DNA of 62,767 bases, counting the filler, from Chiloscyllium plagiosum (lineage: Eukaryota), in assembly GCF_004010195.1 (NCBI RefSeq). It is 4 parts of one record of this genome, joined end to end, with 100 filler letters (N's around TTAATTAATTAA, not from the genome) between each part and the next. Parts side by side here need not be neighbours in the genome. Positions count along the whole stretch, not along the records: positions 1 to 23,148 come from NC_057712.1; 3 more parts are not named here. The stretch is one strand, 5' to 3'. The notes beneath the pieces were generated by a model, which was not told the origin of the DNA, did no database searches, and saw nothing but the letters and a program-made list of their open reading frames with translations. Below, piece after piece: positions 1-12,407 of the stretch. The translations under genes were made by a program, and so were the position numbers. The number at the start of each line of letters is the position of its first letter. The stretch's first letter is position 1.

Positions 1-256
1 TTTGTAATGACAACCATACTCAACTCAGCCCCCGACTCCCTTTAATTGTTAGGATATTACTCATGTCTTCTACTGTGAAGACTGATGCAAAGTACTTATT
101 AAGTTCTCCAGCTATTTCCTTATCTCCCATCACTAGGTTTCCAGCATCAGTTTAAAGTGGCCCAATGTTTACTCTTGCCTGTCGTTTGTTTCTTAAGTAT
201 TGAAAGAAACTTTTACTATCATTTCTAATATTACTGGCTAGCCTACCTTCATATTT

Positions 257-385
257 GATGATTTGGAGATGCCGGTGTTGGACTGGGGTGTACAAAGTTA
301 AAAATCACACAACACCAGGTTATAGTCCAACAGGTTTAATTGGAAGCACACTAGCTTTCGGAGCGACGCTCCTTCATCAGGTGAT
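257..385 (-). mobile_element. Penelope-like element terminal repeat (pLTR) fragment, family 1
   Basis: Reverse complement matches the 3' end of the RT/GIY-YIG element at 42589-42688 (aagctagtgtgcttccaattaaacctgttggactataacctgg...) and contains a hammerhead core. Confidence 0.85.
349..383 (-). ncRNA. Minimal hammerhead ribozyme motif (PLE family 1)
   Basis: Minus strand reads cac-CTGATGA-a-GGAGC-gtc-GCTCC-GAAA-GC-TA-gtg: intact core, 5-bp stem II, cac/gtg helix I, palindromic AGCT helix III. Confidence 0.8.
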
Positions 386-399
386 GAAGATAATTACCT

Positions 400-1270
400 T
401 TATTTCAGGTAATTATGAGGGCATGAGAGAGGAACTGACGAAAATAGATTGGAAGCAGAGCCTAGCGGGGAAGACAGTAGAGCAAAAATGGCAGAAGTTT
501 GTGGGTATAATTGAGGACACTGTACAGAGGTTCATCCTCAAGAAAAGAATGATTATCCAGGGAGGGATTAGACAGCCATGGCTGACAAAGGAAGTCAGGA
601 AATGTATTAAAGAAAAAGAGAGATCCCAACAGTATCCCTCTGGAGCATATGGGAAAATGTGAAATTGTCCATTGTGGCAGGAAGAATTAAAAGAACCATA
701 TTATCTGCATGATGAAAGATGCAGAGCTCTGAAATGCAGAGGGATATGGGTATCCAAGCACATGACGTGTAAAAGTTTACTATGCAGACATAGAAAGTAA
801 TTAGGAAAGTTAATAGAATGTTATTGTTTATTGCAAGGGAAACTAAATAGAAAGGTGGGGAAGTTATGCTTCAGTAATGCAAGGCAAAGGTGAGACCACA
901 TCTGGAATATTGCAAACTCTATTGGTCTCCTTATTTAGAAAGGATATAAATGCATTGGAATCAAATCAGAGAAGGTTTAGTAAACTAAAATCTGCAATGG
1001 GTTAGTTATCTTTTGAGGCAAGGTTGGACAGGTTAGGTTTCTATCTGGTGGAGATTAGAAGTGATTTGATTGAACCATATAAGAATTTAGTGGTCTTAAG
1101 ATGGTGGATTTGGAAAAGATGTTTCCTCTTCTGGAAGATTCCCATAAGTGGTGGAACCAGAGCCTTTGGATATTTTTAAGGCATAAATTCCTGATAAACT
1201 AGGGGGTAACAGATTATTGGGATTAGACAGGAATGTATAGTAATCAGATTAGTGCCGATCCTATTGAGTG
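400..1270 (+). mobile_element. Degenerate CR1 LINE ORF2 fragments
   Basis: GNYEGMREEL..IDW..PWLTKEVR translation, then CR1 3' motifs (gtgagaccacatctggaatattg, VRPHLEYC-like). Another CR1 piece lies on - at 1-255. Confidence 0.75.
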
Positions 1271-2139
1271 ATGAACAGCAACATAATGTCACTTCTTATC
1301 AAAGCCCACCTAGGAATGCCAATTGTTGCGTGTAAATTACCACAAGCTACCTTTAATTCAGCTACCTATTAAGAAATCTCACAATCAAATACTGAAACAA
1401 TTACTTAATTTTATTGCAAGTAGTAACCAAAATAAGACCCCTCAAGTAAGCAAGTCAAGTCTCACAACCCAATTTAGCCATTACCTGATTAATTGTGGAA
1501 TTTAGCTACAATTCCAGCCAACAGTTTCTGTTTCTGGATGTGTCTAGTGTTTGATCCTTGTGCTGTGTGGGTCGTTGGAGTTCTGCATATACAGTTTTCT
1601 CTCTTTTGAGTTTGTGGTGCAACATTATTAATGATTCTTCATATTTTTTCATCCACAATATTGATAATGTTTCCAGAGTCATCAGATCTGAAGCTTGTTT
1701 TGTTATCACAAGTAATTCCCCTGTTCCTTGTCACATTTGGTATTAGCTATCTTTCTGAAAGCACAACTTTTCCTGCAATTAGCCCTTTACTTCAGGACAT
1801 TTCTTCTGCAGCAATCCTAATTAACATTTGTCATGAGGCAGTAGATTATCAAGCAATGTTACCTCCTCTCTCCCAGGAAACAGCTTGTTAGCGATGCTTC
1901 GACTACTTCTTCCCAGGAATGGCTAATTAGTATGTTGCTTTTAATTCCTTTAAATTAGTTTCTCCTTGTTCGTTTCATCTCGAGAAACAGTTTATTCCAG
2001 AAAGAGTTATTGCTAATTCTTTCAATCAATGAACAGTTATTAAAGTTCTGAAGTTTGCACTATCACACAGCGAAGTTTCCCTAGGCTGGCTGAGATGGCA
2101 GATCGGACCTCTGAGGAGAGATTGGTTCAAATGCCCTGT

Positions 2140-2860
2140 GTTCACTAGAGTTTAGAAGGAGGAGAGGGGATCTGATTGAAGCATATGTAAAATTTAACAG
2201 GATTGGACAAACTGGATGCAGGGAGGATGTTTTACCTGGTTAGAGAGTCTAGAACCAGGGACACATTCTCAGGATATAGGGTAAACCAGTTAGGACTGAG
2301 ATGAAAAAAGGTAGTGACTCTGTAAAATTCTCTTCCATAGAAGATTATGGAGACCAAGTCACTGAATACATTCAAGAAAGAGATAGATAATTTTTTTAGA
2401 TTTTATTGAGGGGTGTTGGAAGAATGAGGGAATATGGCATTGAGATAGAGGATCGGCTATGATCATATTTCATGGCAGTGAAAGCTTGAAGGGCTAAATG
2501 GCCTATTCCTTCTCTTCGTTTCTGTGTTTCTATTTAAAGGGCTTAGAGAGCTGGGTTGTGGGGAGTCCAGAACTAGAGGGCATAGGTTTAGGGTGAGAGA
2601 GGAAAAATGTAAAAGAGACCTAAGGGACACCCTTTTCACACAGAGCGTGGTACGTATATGGAATGAGCTGCCAAAGGAAGTGGCGGAGCCTGGTACTATT
2701 GCAACATTTAAAAGGCATCTGAATGGGTATATGAATAGGAAGGGTTTGGAGGGATATGGACTGGGTGCTACAAGTGGCTCTAGTTTAGGTTGGGATATCT
2801 GGACGGCAAGGATGAGTTGAACCGAAGGGTCTGTTTCCGTGCTGTACATCTCTATGATAG
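2140..2860 (+). mobile_element. Two CR1 LINE 3' fragments
   Basis: ESRTRGHRFRVR..FTQSVVRIWNELP motif and CR1 3' UTR. Confidence 0.8.
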
Positions 2861-4381
2861 TATGAGAGCTGGAGAAGATTACAGAGAGACCATGGAGAGA
2901 CTTGAAAGCAAGAATGATGATTTTAGTAATGAGATGTTGTCAGATAGGGAGCCAGCGGAATCAGCAAGCAGAACCTGAAGGGTAATTGAGAATTCAAGCA
3001 CATTTACGTGCAGGCAGCAGTTTTGTAATGAGTATGTTTACGTTGTGGGAAAAAGGGCTATAATCCCAATGGCACTCAGGTAGTCAAGACTAGTCATCAG
3101 TAAGGCACCAGTGAGTGTTTCAGCAACAGAGGGCACTGCTGAGGCATATGAGCATATGAAATAAGAGCGAAGTCAAGTATTTGGCCCCTCAAATCTGTTC
3201 AGCCATTGAATAACACTTTGGATGGTCTGTTTGTGTTTCAAATTCTATATTCCCATCTACCTCTAATAACACTTGATTCAGCTGCCTAACAAGAATCGAT
3301 CCACCTCTGTCTTAAAAATATTCAATTCCACCATTCTGAGGCAGTTTCCAAGTCACACAACCTTCTGAGAGAGAAAAAAGCATTTCCTCATCTCTCACCT
3401 GAAAGGGTGATCCTTAATTTTAAAACAGTTTCCCTCTAGTTCTGGACTAACACAAACAGAAGCATCCTTTCCATGTCCAACTTGTCACGACACAGATGGA
3501 AGTAAATGATATTGCTGAAATGAAAGTAGACAGTCTTGGTAATGATGCATACATATAGTTAAAATCATGTCTTGGGTCAATGTTTTGGTGAATTTAAGAC
3601 TATTTCTATGGGTGGAAATAGAGGTTGGGTAAAGAGTTTGTAATGAAGTCCAAAGGCAATGACTTCAATCTCCCCAAGATGTAGTTGGAGGAAATTTCTA
3701 CAGTTTTATTATTTAAACATTGGACAAGCAGTATGGAATATTAGGGACAATAAGTGGTTCAACGAGATGGTGGTGAATTAGAGCTGGTTGTTGTCAGTAT
3801 ATATTTCTCAGTAATATCGCCAGTTGATAGATGTAGGTGGATGTATGAATATTCCAGGACTGGCAGCTATACAATGGGAATAACATCTCCTTCTCTCTTC
3901 ATAATGCCTATTTGCTCATCACCCTGGCAACCAATCTCTCCCATGATGGGCAGAAAACCAGTTGGGCCAGACAGCCCTGGCAGTAACGAAGATGTTGCAA
4001 TCTGTATCCAAGGTACCAGGCCTTAACTTCTGGAGGGATACAACTCTGAGCATTTAAAGTGCTTATCTGCTTCCGTATGCCAGTACTTCTCTTACCACTT
4101 GATGATCTCTCACAAACTAATTGACTGGAGATCTCCTATTCAGTGGGATGGCTATAGGTAAAGATCAAGGTTCTCAGTTAATTGCTGATTCAGTACCTTA
4201 TACTGACACTTGATTTCTCTGTACTCTTTATTGTGTTTTATCACTTCACATTGTGTTCTATGTTCCTATTACTAGCTTAGCATCTGTACTAATTGAAAAA
4301 CTGATTCGTCTTATTCAATTTTTTCTGAAAGTCACGACCTTAATGAGGCTGTGCATTTTAACTTGCCACTACCTAAAATTA

Positions 4382-4764
4382 GAGCTGAAAAATGTGTTGC
4401 TGGAAAAGCGCAGCAGGTCAGGCAGCATCCAAGGAGCAGGAGAATCGACGTTTCGGGCATAAGCCCTTCTTCAGGAATGAGGAAGGTGTGCCAAGCAGGC
4501 TAAGATAAAAGGTAGGGAGGGCCGTTGGGAATGCGATAGGGAATGCGACCTCCTTCCACCTATCGCATTCCCAACGCCCCTCCCCCAAGTCCCTCCCCTC
4601 TACCGTATATCTTAGCCTGCTTGGCACACCTTCCTCATTCCTGAAGAAGGACTTATGCCCGAAACGTCAATTCTCCTGCTCCTTGGATGCTGCCTGACCT
4701 GCTGTGCTTTTCCAGCAACACATTTTTCAGCTCTGATTTCCAGCATCTGCAGTCCTCACTTTCT
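4382..4764. mobile_element. Fold-back (inverted) Penelope-derived non-autonomous insertion, family 2
   Basis: Two inverted arms, each with a hammerhead core. 14-bp TSD actacctaaaatta at 4368-4381 and 4765-4778. Confidence 0.85.
4443..4478 (-). ncRNA. Minimal hammerhead ribozyme motif (PLE family 2)
   Basis: Minus strand reads CTGAAGA-a-GGGC-ttat-GCCC-GAAA-CG-TC-gat. A second copy on + at 4637-4672 has a stem II mismatch. Confidence 0.75.
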
Positions 4765-5330
4765 ACTACCTAAAATTATAATGAAGAAAAGAGTTCTTCT
4801 TCCCTAAGTTGGTTTAAGTCTTGCCAGTGTTTATCTAAGTATAAATTCTTCTCTTCAGGGAAAATCAAAGTTACTGTTATTCTTCTGATGCCTCCAATGT
4901 GAAGTAAATAACACAGTCTTGTCCCAGATGATCTTCCTACGATGATATGTTCTCATTTTATTCAATAGCAGGGCCACCATTATTTAAGTCCTTTAAATGA
5001 GCAAGGGAAATTGAAGTACAGTTATGGGTCAGGCTGTACAGATACTTCTCTTTCAATCTGTTATCTCTTTCAATCTGTTTTATCCAGCTTAAGGAATGAA
5101 AAATATACAATAAAATATTCAGTTTGGAAAATGGTTGTGCTGTTTTGCATTGTATATTTTCTATTTTAACCACAATATTTAGTAGAGGACATTATTCATT
5201 AATTTTGTACTTAGCTGTACTTACAAACAAAACTTCAAACATCTTTGCTACCTACACTATACTGAAACTTATTTGATTTTCTGACTGACAACATCTGCTT
5301 ACCATGCTTTGATCTTCTTGTTTCTAATAG

Positions 5331-5447
5331 GTGCCAGTCAAAGCCTTGGGAGGAAAGCTCTATGTTCGGATCTCCGTACATATCTATAATGAACTGGAGC
5401 AGTACCAGAAACTTGCAGATGCAGTTGAAGAACTGACACTAGAGTAG
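5331..5447 (+). CDS. Terminal coding exon of a PLP-dependent class-V aminotransferase-like protein (L-cysteine desulfhydrase / hercynylcysteine sulfoxide lyase / isopenicillin-N-epimerase-like)
   Basis: Pyrimidine-rich acceptor cttcttgtttctaatag, then VPVKALGGKLYVRISVHIYNELEQYQKLADAVEELTLE*. The VRISxHIYN...Y.KL.DAV pattern is the C-terminal signature of class-V PLP enzymes. Not repeat-like. Upstream exons not found in the window. Confidence 0.8.
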   Translation: MPVKALGGKLYVRISVHIYNELEQYQKLADAVEELTLE

Positions 5448-6260
5448 GCTGGGGACAAACCATATAGTATTCTAACTGTCTTCTTACTGCTACACATCTG
5501 ATTATACTATTGCCTTAATCAAAAGTACTATGTATAGAATTGACTTTTGACGATATTGACAAAAGGTAGTTTTGTTTGTAAAACCAGCAGAGATCCAGTA
5601 TTATAACAATGCCCAATGGAGTAATATTCGAGTCATATTACAGATTAATGGGATAGATTAGAATTGTGAAAACTGAATGGATTTGTGTTTTTATCAATGT
5701 GCTTTTGCAGCTTCTGAAATGTCCACTGCCGCCTGTGGTAGATTAGCTTTAAAGAGCAACAAAAGTAGTTACATGGATTGGACTGAAGTATTTGTAGTTT
5801 GTCTTTTAAAGATGCCTTATTCATAAATGGAACTTTCAAGGGAAAAATCAATCCTAGCCCCTGAGTTTGATTAACATCAATCCTTGTGGTATATGTGGAA
5901 GATTGTTTTAGAGTCACTGACCTAGAAATTCAAAGCCTTTCAGGAGTTGGAGAGGTAGTGCAGGGTATAAGCCCTGCCCAGAATTCTGAGAGCTGGGCAT
6001 CACTGATATTTAACCTCAGGCTTCCTTGTCATAGAGTTGGAAGGTACTTTAACCTGTTGGCAAAGAAAACACTTGAAGTGAAAAAAATCAGCCCACTGCT
6101 AGCTCCAGAGCGGCCCTTGTGTAAGTAGGTGTAGATGTCAACTCTGGATGGTTTCTGGGGGTACAGGAGGGGTGGGGGAGGCACAGTGGTAATTGTTGTC
6201 ACGTTTCTGAAAGCAACTGAATGGAATCTACAAAATTGGTCAGTCAATGTGCCTCCACAG

Positions 6261-7975
6261 TGTTACGACACGGGGTAAGCCCTTCTGCTAATTTAAACCA
6301 GAGTCGAGAGTGTGATACTGGAAAAGCACAGCAGGTCAAGCAGTATCCAAGGAGCAGAAGAATTGAAATTTCAGGCATAAGCCCTTCATCAGGAATGAGG
6401 CTTGTGGGCCAGAAGAGCTGGGAGATTAATGGGAGTGGGGTAGGGCTGGGGGGAAGGTAGCTGGGAATGTGAAAGGTAGATGGAGGTGGGGGTGAAATGA
6501 TAGGTCAGAGAGGAGGGTGGAGCGGATAGGTGGGAAGGATGATGGATAGGTCAAGAGGACGTTGCTCTCTGAAATGATCTGCAAGTTGGTGTCCTGTCTC
6601 CCCGATGTAGAGGAGATCACATCGGCTGCAACGGATACAGTTGATGACGTGCTTGGAAGTACAGGTAAATTTCTGTTGGATATGGAAAGATCCTTTGGGG
6701 CCTTGGAGGGAGGTGAGAGGGAGGGGGAGATGTGGACACAGGTTATAAGCTTCTTGTGGTGGCAGGCAAAGGTGCAGGGAATGGGGGTGGGTTGGTGTGG
6801 GATTCACAGAGGGAGTGGTCTCTCTGAATCGCAGAAAGGGATGCGGAGAGAAATATATCCTTAGTAGTGGGGACTGTTTGCAGGTGGCGGAAGTGGCGGA
6901 GGATGATGCGATGTATCCGGAGGTTGGTAGAGTGGAAGATGAGGACCAGGGGAGTTCTGTCTTCGTTGTGATTGAAGGGGTGGGGTTCAAGGGTGCATTT
7001 GTGGGAAGTGGAGGAGATGCGCTGGAGGGCATCGTTGACCACATGGGAGGGGAAATTGTGGTCTTTGAAGAAGGAGGCCATCTGGGATGTTCTGTGGTAG
7101 AATTGGCCCTCCTGGGAGCAGGTGCAGTAAAGGTGGAGGAGTTGGGAATAAGGGATGGCATTTTTACAGGAGGCAGGATGGGAGGAGGTGTAGTATAGGT
7201 AGCTTTGGGAGTCGGTGGGTTTGTAGTAAATGTCCGTGTTTATTCAGTCGCCGGAGATGGAGATGGAGAGGTCCAGGAAGGACACCTTCCCACCCTTCTG
7301 CTCCACCCTCCTCTCACGGAATAGCTCACCTCACCTCATAATCTGTTAAAGTATGAGTAACAGAGAACTACCCAACTTCCACTATTTGAAGAAAAAATTT
7401 AACACTTTATTCTTTAACTCCAAAAGAGAACATTAAACTACAACTATCTACACTGTAAACTTCCTTAATCTTAACGATATGTCTACCTTCCACTCCATAA
7501 CAATATACTGATGTGATAAAACCCTGATTAAATTTTCAAAAAAATCAAGTTTCAAAACCAGCCCAGCTGTGTCGATTCGCCTGTGTAGATTCCTGAGTGA
7601 TCTGCTGCAGAGTTTTCATATGGTAAGATACCTTTCAGAGGGAAGGTCTGTGGGCAGTATGGATGGTGCCCTTTGTCCCTCTGACTAACTGTTCAAAATG
7701 CCTGATTTTTATATCCCAAAATATTGGATCGTCTCATTGGTTTCATGTCATCAAAACAGTAAAATCCAAATTCAATTGGGTTTTAGTATCTTGAGACATA
7801 GTTTAAGCTAATTGGCTAAATTTGAATTGTTGCAGAAACATAACAACATAGCTCAGCTATTTGTTTTACAGCCAAATGTTACATTTTAATATTTTCCAGT
7901 ACACTCTGCCTGCTAGGTGCTTGCCAGCTTTCACTCTCTCTTAAAGATACAGTACACCCCTACAACTTCATAACA
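6261..7975 (-). repeat. 3' LTR of the Gmr1-like element (interrupted by a PLE at about 6301-7310)
   Basis: tgttacgac...atttaaacca, resumes at about 7315, ends cttcataaca. The adjacent cctcccccctt is the PPT on the minus strand. Confidence 0.85.
6301..7310 (-). mobile_element. Penelope-like element 3' part (GIY-YIG endonuclease remnant plus pLTR)
   Basis: HVINCIRCSRCDLLYIGETGHQLADHFRE (GIY-YIG) and DRTPLVLIFH; family-2 terminal repeat at 6301-6400. Confidence 0.85.
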
Positions 7976-8158
7976 CCTCCCCCCTTAAAAAAAATTAACC
8001 ATCATAATGAAAAGGTGGCTTCATTTTTTTTCTATTTCTTCATCACATTACCATGACATACATAGGACATTAACCTAAGTTCATATTAACTTCTGCGCGC
8101 ACACACACACACATATACAAAACATTGGTATCTATTCAATCTCATTATATTTTATCAG

Positions 8159-9522
8159 TTAAATCCGCGATAATGCATCTGCTATTACATTGTTACAACC
8201 CGCAACAAGTACAATTTGTAAATTAAAAGTCTGTAACAAAAGACTCCAAACAAATAATCTCAAATTCTTCTCTTTAAATTGTTCCAAGAATGTAAGAGGA
8301 TTGTGAGCCATGTACACAAACATCTCTGACGCATTATTAGTGACATAAACATTAACATGTTGTAAGACCAGTACCAAACTCAACAATTCTTTTTCGATCA
8401 TAGAGTATTTTTTTCTGGTGGGTGTTGAGTTTCTTTGAAAAGTATCTAACTGGCAGTTCAATTCCATCATCATCTTCCTGTAGCAGTAGAGCTCCACCTT
8501 CTATGTTGCTAGCATCGATTACAACTTTGAAGTGTTTCAAAAAATTTGGTAAAGCTAAAACTGGTGCGGTGGTTAATACTGCTTTTAAATTGTCAACTGC
8601 ATCCTGGCATTGTTCTGTCCGCCAAAAGTTTGTGTTCTTCTTTCGCAAATCTGTTAACGGTGCCACTGTGCTGCTGAAGATTGGAACAAACTTCCAGTAG
8701 AATCTGCTTAGTCCCAAAAATCGAAGTACCTCTTTCTTCGAGGTTGGTTGTGGAAATGCCTCAATGACCTTTGTCTTTGCATTCCTTGGGGTTAACCTTT
8801 TGTCACCTATGTAATGTCCCAAGAACATCACCTCTGCCTTTGCGAATTCAGTTTTGTTTAAGTTTATTACCAGGTTTGCTTCTCTTAATCATTCAAAGAG
8901 CTCTGCCAACTGTACATTGTGATCTTTTCAGGACTCACTAAATATCACTACATCATACAAATAGACTGCACAGTTTGTTAATCCAGCTACAACTCTGTTC
9001 ATGAGTCTTTGGAATGTGGTGAGTATGTTCTTCATTCCAAAGGGCATCACTTTGAATTGATATAGCCCATTTGGGGTTGCAAACACACGACATTTCTTTC
9101 ACTTTCTCTGATAAAGGTACCTACCAATAACCACGCAGTAAGTCCAACTTAGTGATGTAACAGGCTTGTCCAACTTTCTCTATACAGTCCTCCAATCTCA
9201 CTATTGGGTATGAGTTTGATTTCATTATGGCGTTGACCTTCTGATAGTCCACACAAAATTGTTGTCTCCCGTCAGGTTTGGGGGCTAAGACTATCAGCAA
9301 ACACCACTCGCTCTGACTCAGTTTGATGATATCTTCGTTGAGCATTGCCTCCACTTCCTTCTTGACCTGTCTGTCTTTGAAAGGATTAAGCATGTGGGAG
9401 GGAAGTGGGGGGGGGTGTTTTATCGAACCAGCATTCCCTACATCTACCTCATGCATAATAGCATTAGTCCTATTCATCTTATTCCTGTATATGTCCTCAT
9501 ACTGCTGTAACAAACCTTTCAA
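8159..9522 (-). pseudogene. Gmr1-like pol: reverse transcriptase and RNase H, frameshifted
   Basis: PKPDGRQQFCVDYQKVN, KLDLLRGYW, RFLGLSRFY, VIDASNIEGGALLLQ, VIADALSRI. Confidence 0.9.
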
Positions 9523-9615
9523 CAGATATTTTACTAACCTGTCCCACTCCTCAAGGACTTCCTCATTATTGTATTTTGAGGCACATCAGATTCTACAACA
9601 TCCACATGTGATTCC

Positions 9616-10920
9616 TCACTCTGCGGGGCAGTAACTAACACTTGTTTCTCCAGTTCCTTCTCTTTGTTCTAATAAGGTTTCAGCATATTCATATAACATG
9701 TCCAATACAGTTTTTTTCCTATCTGGCATCTTTACCAGATAGTTCACCTGACTCAACTTCTTCTCAATTTGATAGGGACCACCAAACCTGGCTTTGAAAG
9801 GATCGCTTATCACTGGGAACAATACTAATATGTCATCCAATGGGAAAATGTCTGAATCTCAGAATTTTTATCTGCCACCTGCTTCATTCTATGCTGTGCC
9901 CTCTTCAGGTGCTGTTTAGCAAACTCATCTATTTGATTTAGTCTTTCCCTCACCTCCGATACATAATCCAAGTGTGAGATCTCCAACTTCAGTTCTGTCA
10001 ATTTCTCTTTAAGTAATTTCAAATTTCACTTCATGTCCGAATATTAACTTAAAAGGAGTAAACTGAGTAGAATCATTTGGGGCATCTCTAATGGCAAACA
10101 ATACGAATGGGATACCTATATCCCAATCATTCGGGTAATCCTGACAGTATTCTCTTAATTATGGTCGTCAGGGTCTGATGCCACCTTTCTAAAGCTCCCT
10201 GAGATTCAAGATGATAAACACTTGATTTAAGGTACAGTATACCTAGGCTATCCTTGACTTTCTTAAACAGTCTAGCAGTAAAATTAAACTCTGACTGAAT
10301 CTCTCTGGGTAGCCATACTGTGTAAAGAAAGATACTGACTCCTGTACCACCCTTTTTGCCCTAATGCTCTGTAATTGAGTTGCCTCCAGAAATCTGGTAG
10401 ACACATCCATTATGGTTACAATCAACGAGGAGAAAGTGAGGACTACAGATGCTGGAGGTTAGAGTCGAGAGTGTGGTGCTGGAAAAGCACAGCAGGTCAG
10501 GCAGCATCAAAGGAGCAGGAGAATCGACGTTTCAGGCTTAAACTCTTCATCAGGAATCAGGAAGGGTTTATGCCCAAAATGTTGATGCTTCTGCTCCTTT
10601 GATGCTGTCTGACCTGCTGAGCTTTTCCAGTACCACACTGTTGACATCTGTTATGATTAACAAGTGTAAGTTCCCACTTATGGTTCTCAGGAGGGGACTT
10701 ACACAATCAATCATAACCCGCGTGAAAGGTTTTTCGAATGCATGAATTGGCAACAAAGATGCTGGTTTTATTACTGCCTGTAGTTCACCTACTATTTGGC
10801 ATATGTGACACATATGGCAAAAGTTAACGACATCCTTGTACATTCCAGGTTTTTGTATCTTAGCCTCAGTCTTCTGTACCCCTAGGTGATCTCCTACAGG
10901 TAGCTCATGTGCTACTGTAA
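9616..10920 (-). pseudogene. Gmr1-like integrase remnant
   Basis: Zn-finger CHMCHICQ, KPFTRVMIDCVSPL, TIMDVSTRFLEA, and C-terminal GPY/F motif ARFGGPYQIEKKLSQVNY. Interrupted by a PLE-derived insertion at about 10428-10640. Confidence 0.85.
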
Positions 10921-11026
10921 CACTTCCTGTCTGTATACTACCAACAACACAATCTGGTGCACTTCAGCCCATTTCTCCTCTGCACTAACCTGCTGTAGTT
11001 TCCATTTCCATCTTAGGATTCTATTT

Positions 11027-12215
11027 TTAGATAAACCTGCTTCCATCTGTCAAAATTTCAAACTCAATATAAGTCTGACCTGGTTCCTTCTTTATGTTTC
11101 TGAACCTCTGTCTATATGTTTCTGGTACCAATTCATAAACACACAAAATAGCCTGTTTGACATCTGCATAATCTCTTGACCCCTCATCTGACAGCACAGC
11201 AAATATCTCACCAGCTCTGCCTACCAGTTCAGTCTGAACTAGCATTACCCACTCTATCTGCCTAATCATTTTTCAGTTGAAATAAAGAAAGCTTTGACAT
11301 CTTTCTCATCAAAATCATATAATCCCTACAGCATGGTAACGGGCCCTTCAGTCCTACAAGTCCACACCGAACCTGCAAAGAGTATCCCAACCAAACCCAT
11401 TCCTCTACATTTACCCCTAACCTACACATCCCTGAGCACTATGGGCAATTTAGCATGGCCAATTCACCTAACTTGCACATCTTTGGATTGTGGGAGGAAA
11501 CCAGCGCACCCAGAAGAGGCTCGAGCAGACCTAGGGAGAATGTGCAAACTCCACACATGCAGCCATCTAAGACTGGAATCAAACCCAGGTCCCTGGCACT
11601 GTGAGGAACAGTGCTAACTACTGAGCCACCAAGCTGCCCTGAGGCAGTGTGGCAGTGTTTTAACATATTTGTATATATCACTACCTTCTCATTTACTCTC
11701 CATCCTGTTATCTTGACTTTCCTGACTAAGTTGCAATTTCTGAAGTTCAAACTCTCTCACCATTTCTCTCTCTGTCCTCTCTTTTTCTCTCTCCCTTTCT
11801 TCTCTTTCTCTCTTTTTCTCTCTTCTCTTTCTCTCTGTTCAGCTAAGAACCTCCTCTCTTTTTCCTCTCTCTCTCTTTCTCTGTCTTTCTTTTTCCTCGC
11901 TCTCTTTCTTCTTCTCCTCTCTCTTTCTCTTACTCCCTTTTTTCTTCTCTCTCTTTGTTATCTTCTAACTCAATTTTCCCTCAATTTTAATTTTATTTTT
12001 TCTAATTCTACTGCACTTGTCTGTTTCTCTAACACACCTAAGTGTTTGAGTAATTCCCTTACAATTACAGCTTTGTTTTTGTCCATGGTTAAACCCAATT
12101 CTAACCTCATTGCTAATTCTAAAAGTAAGGTCTTTTTCTTTCCTTCTGAACTTTCATGGTAAATTTAGGAATCATCTTCAAACCCCAGAACCTCTTTAGC
12201 AATTTTAAGAGCCAT
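11027..12215 (-). pseudogene. Gmr1-like gag remnant with SCAN-like domain and E/R/K-rich coiled-coil
   Basis: YADVKQAILCVYELVPETYRQRFRNIKKEPGQTYIEF, a GA-rich coding stretch at 11760-11960, and ATG at 12215. Confidence 0.75.
11315..11639 (-). mobile_element. tRNA-derived V-SINE (HE1-type) inserted in gag
   Basis: A/B-box head ggtggctcagtagttagcactg and V-domain gtgtggagtttgcacattctccc. Confidence 0.8.
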
Positions 12216-12386
12216 TTCTCTCACTTTTAATTTAACCAACCACAAGTAACACAAAATTAAACAAATTGTCTCACTACGTTTTATTTAAAGATCTAGGACA
12301 CTAATCAGCAAGTGTTTAAATCTGCTGGGATCTTATGTGTTCAAATCCGTCCAAATCTCAGACTGGATCTGTCTAAACCTGTCCAA

Positions 12387-12404
12387 ATCCCGGATGAGCC
12401 CCCA
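12387..12404 (-). promoter_or_regulatory. Primer-binding site complementary to tRNA-Pro
   Basis: Minus strand TGGGGGCTCATCCGGGAT, 17/18 match to the canonical tRNA-Pro PBS TGGGGGCTCGTCCGGGAT, 3 nt inside the 5' LTR. Confidence 0.9.
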
Positions 12405-12407
12405 AAC

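Noticed and set aside
1320..2120. Short ORFs (60-86 aa) as upstream exons of the PLP-enzyme gene
   Set aside because: No class-V motifs or convincing splice pairs; origin unidentified.
11611..12162. 183-aa Phe/Leu/Ser-rich membrane-like ORF on +
   Set aside because: Antisense reading of the GA-rich gag coiled-coil.
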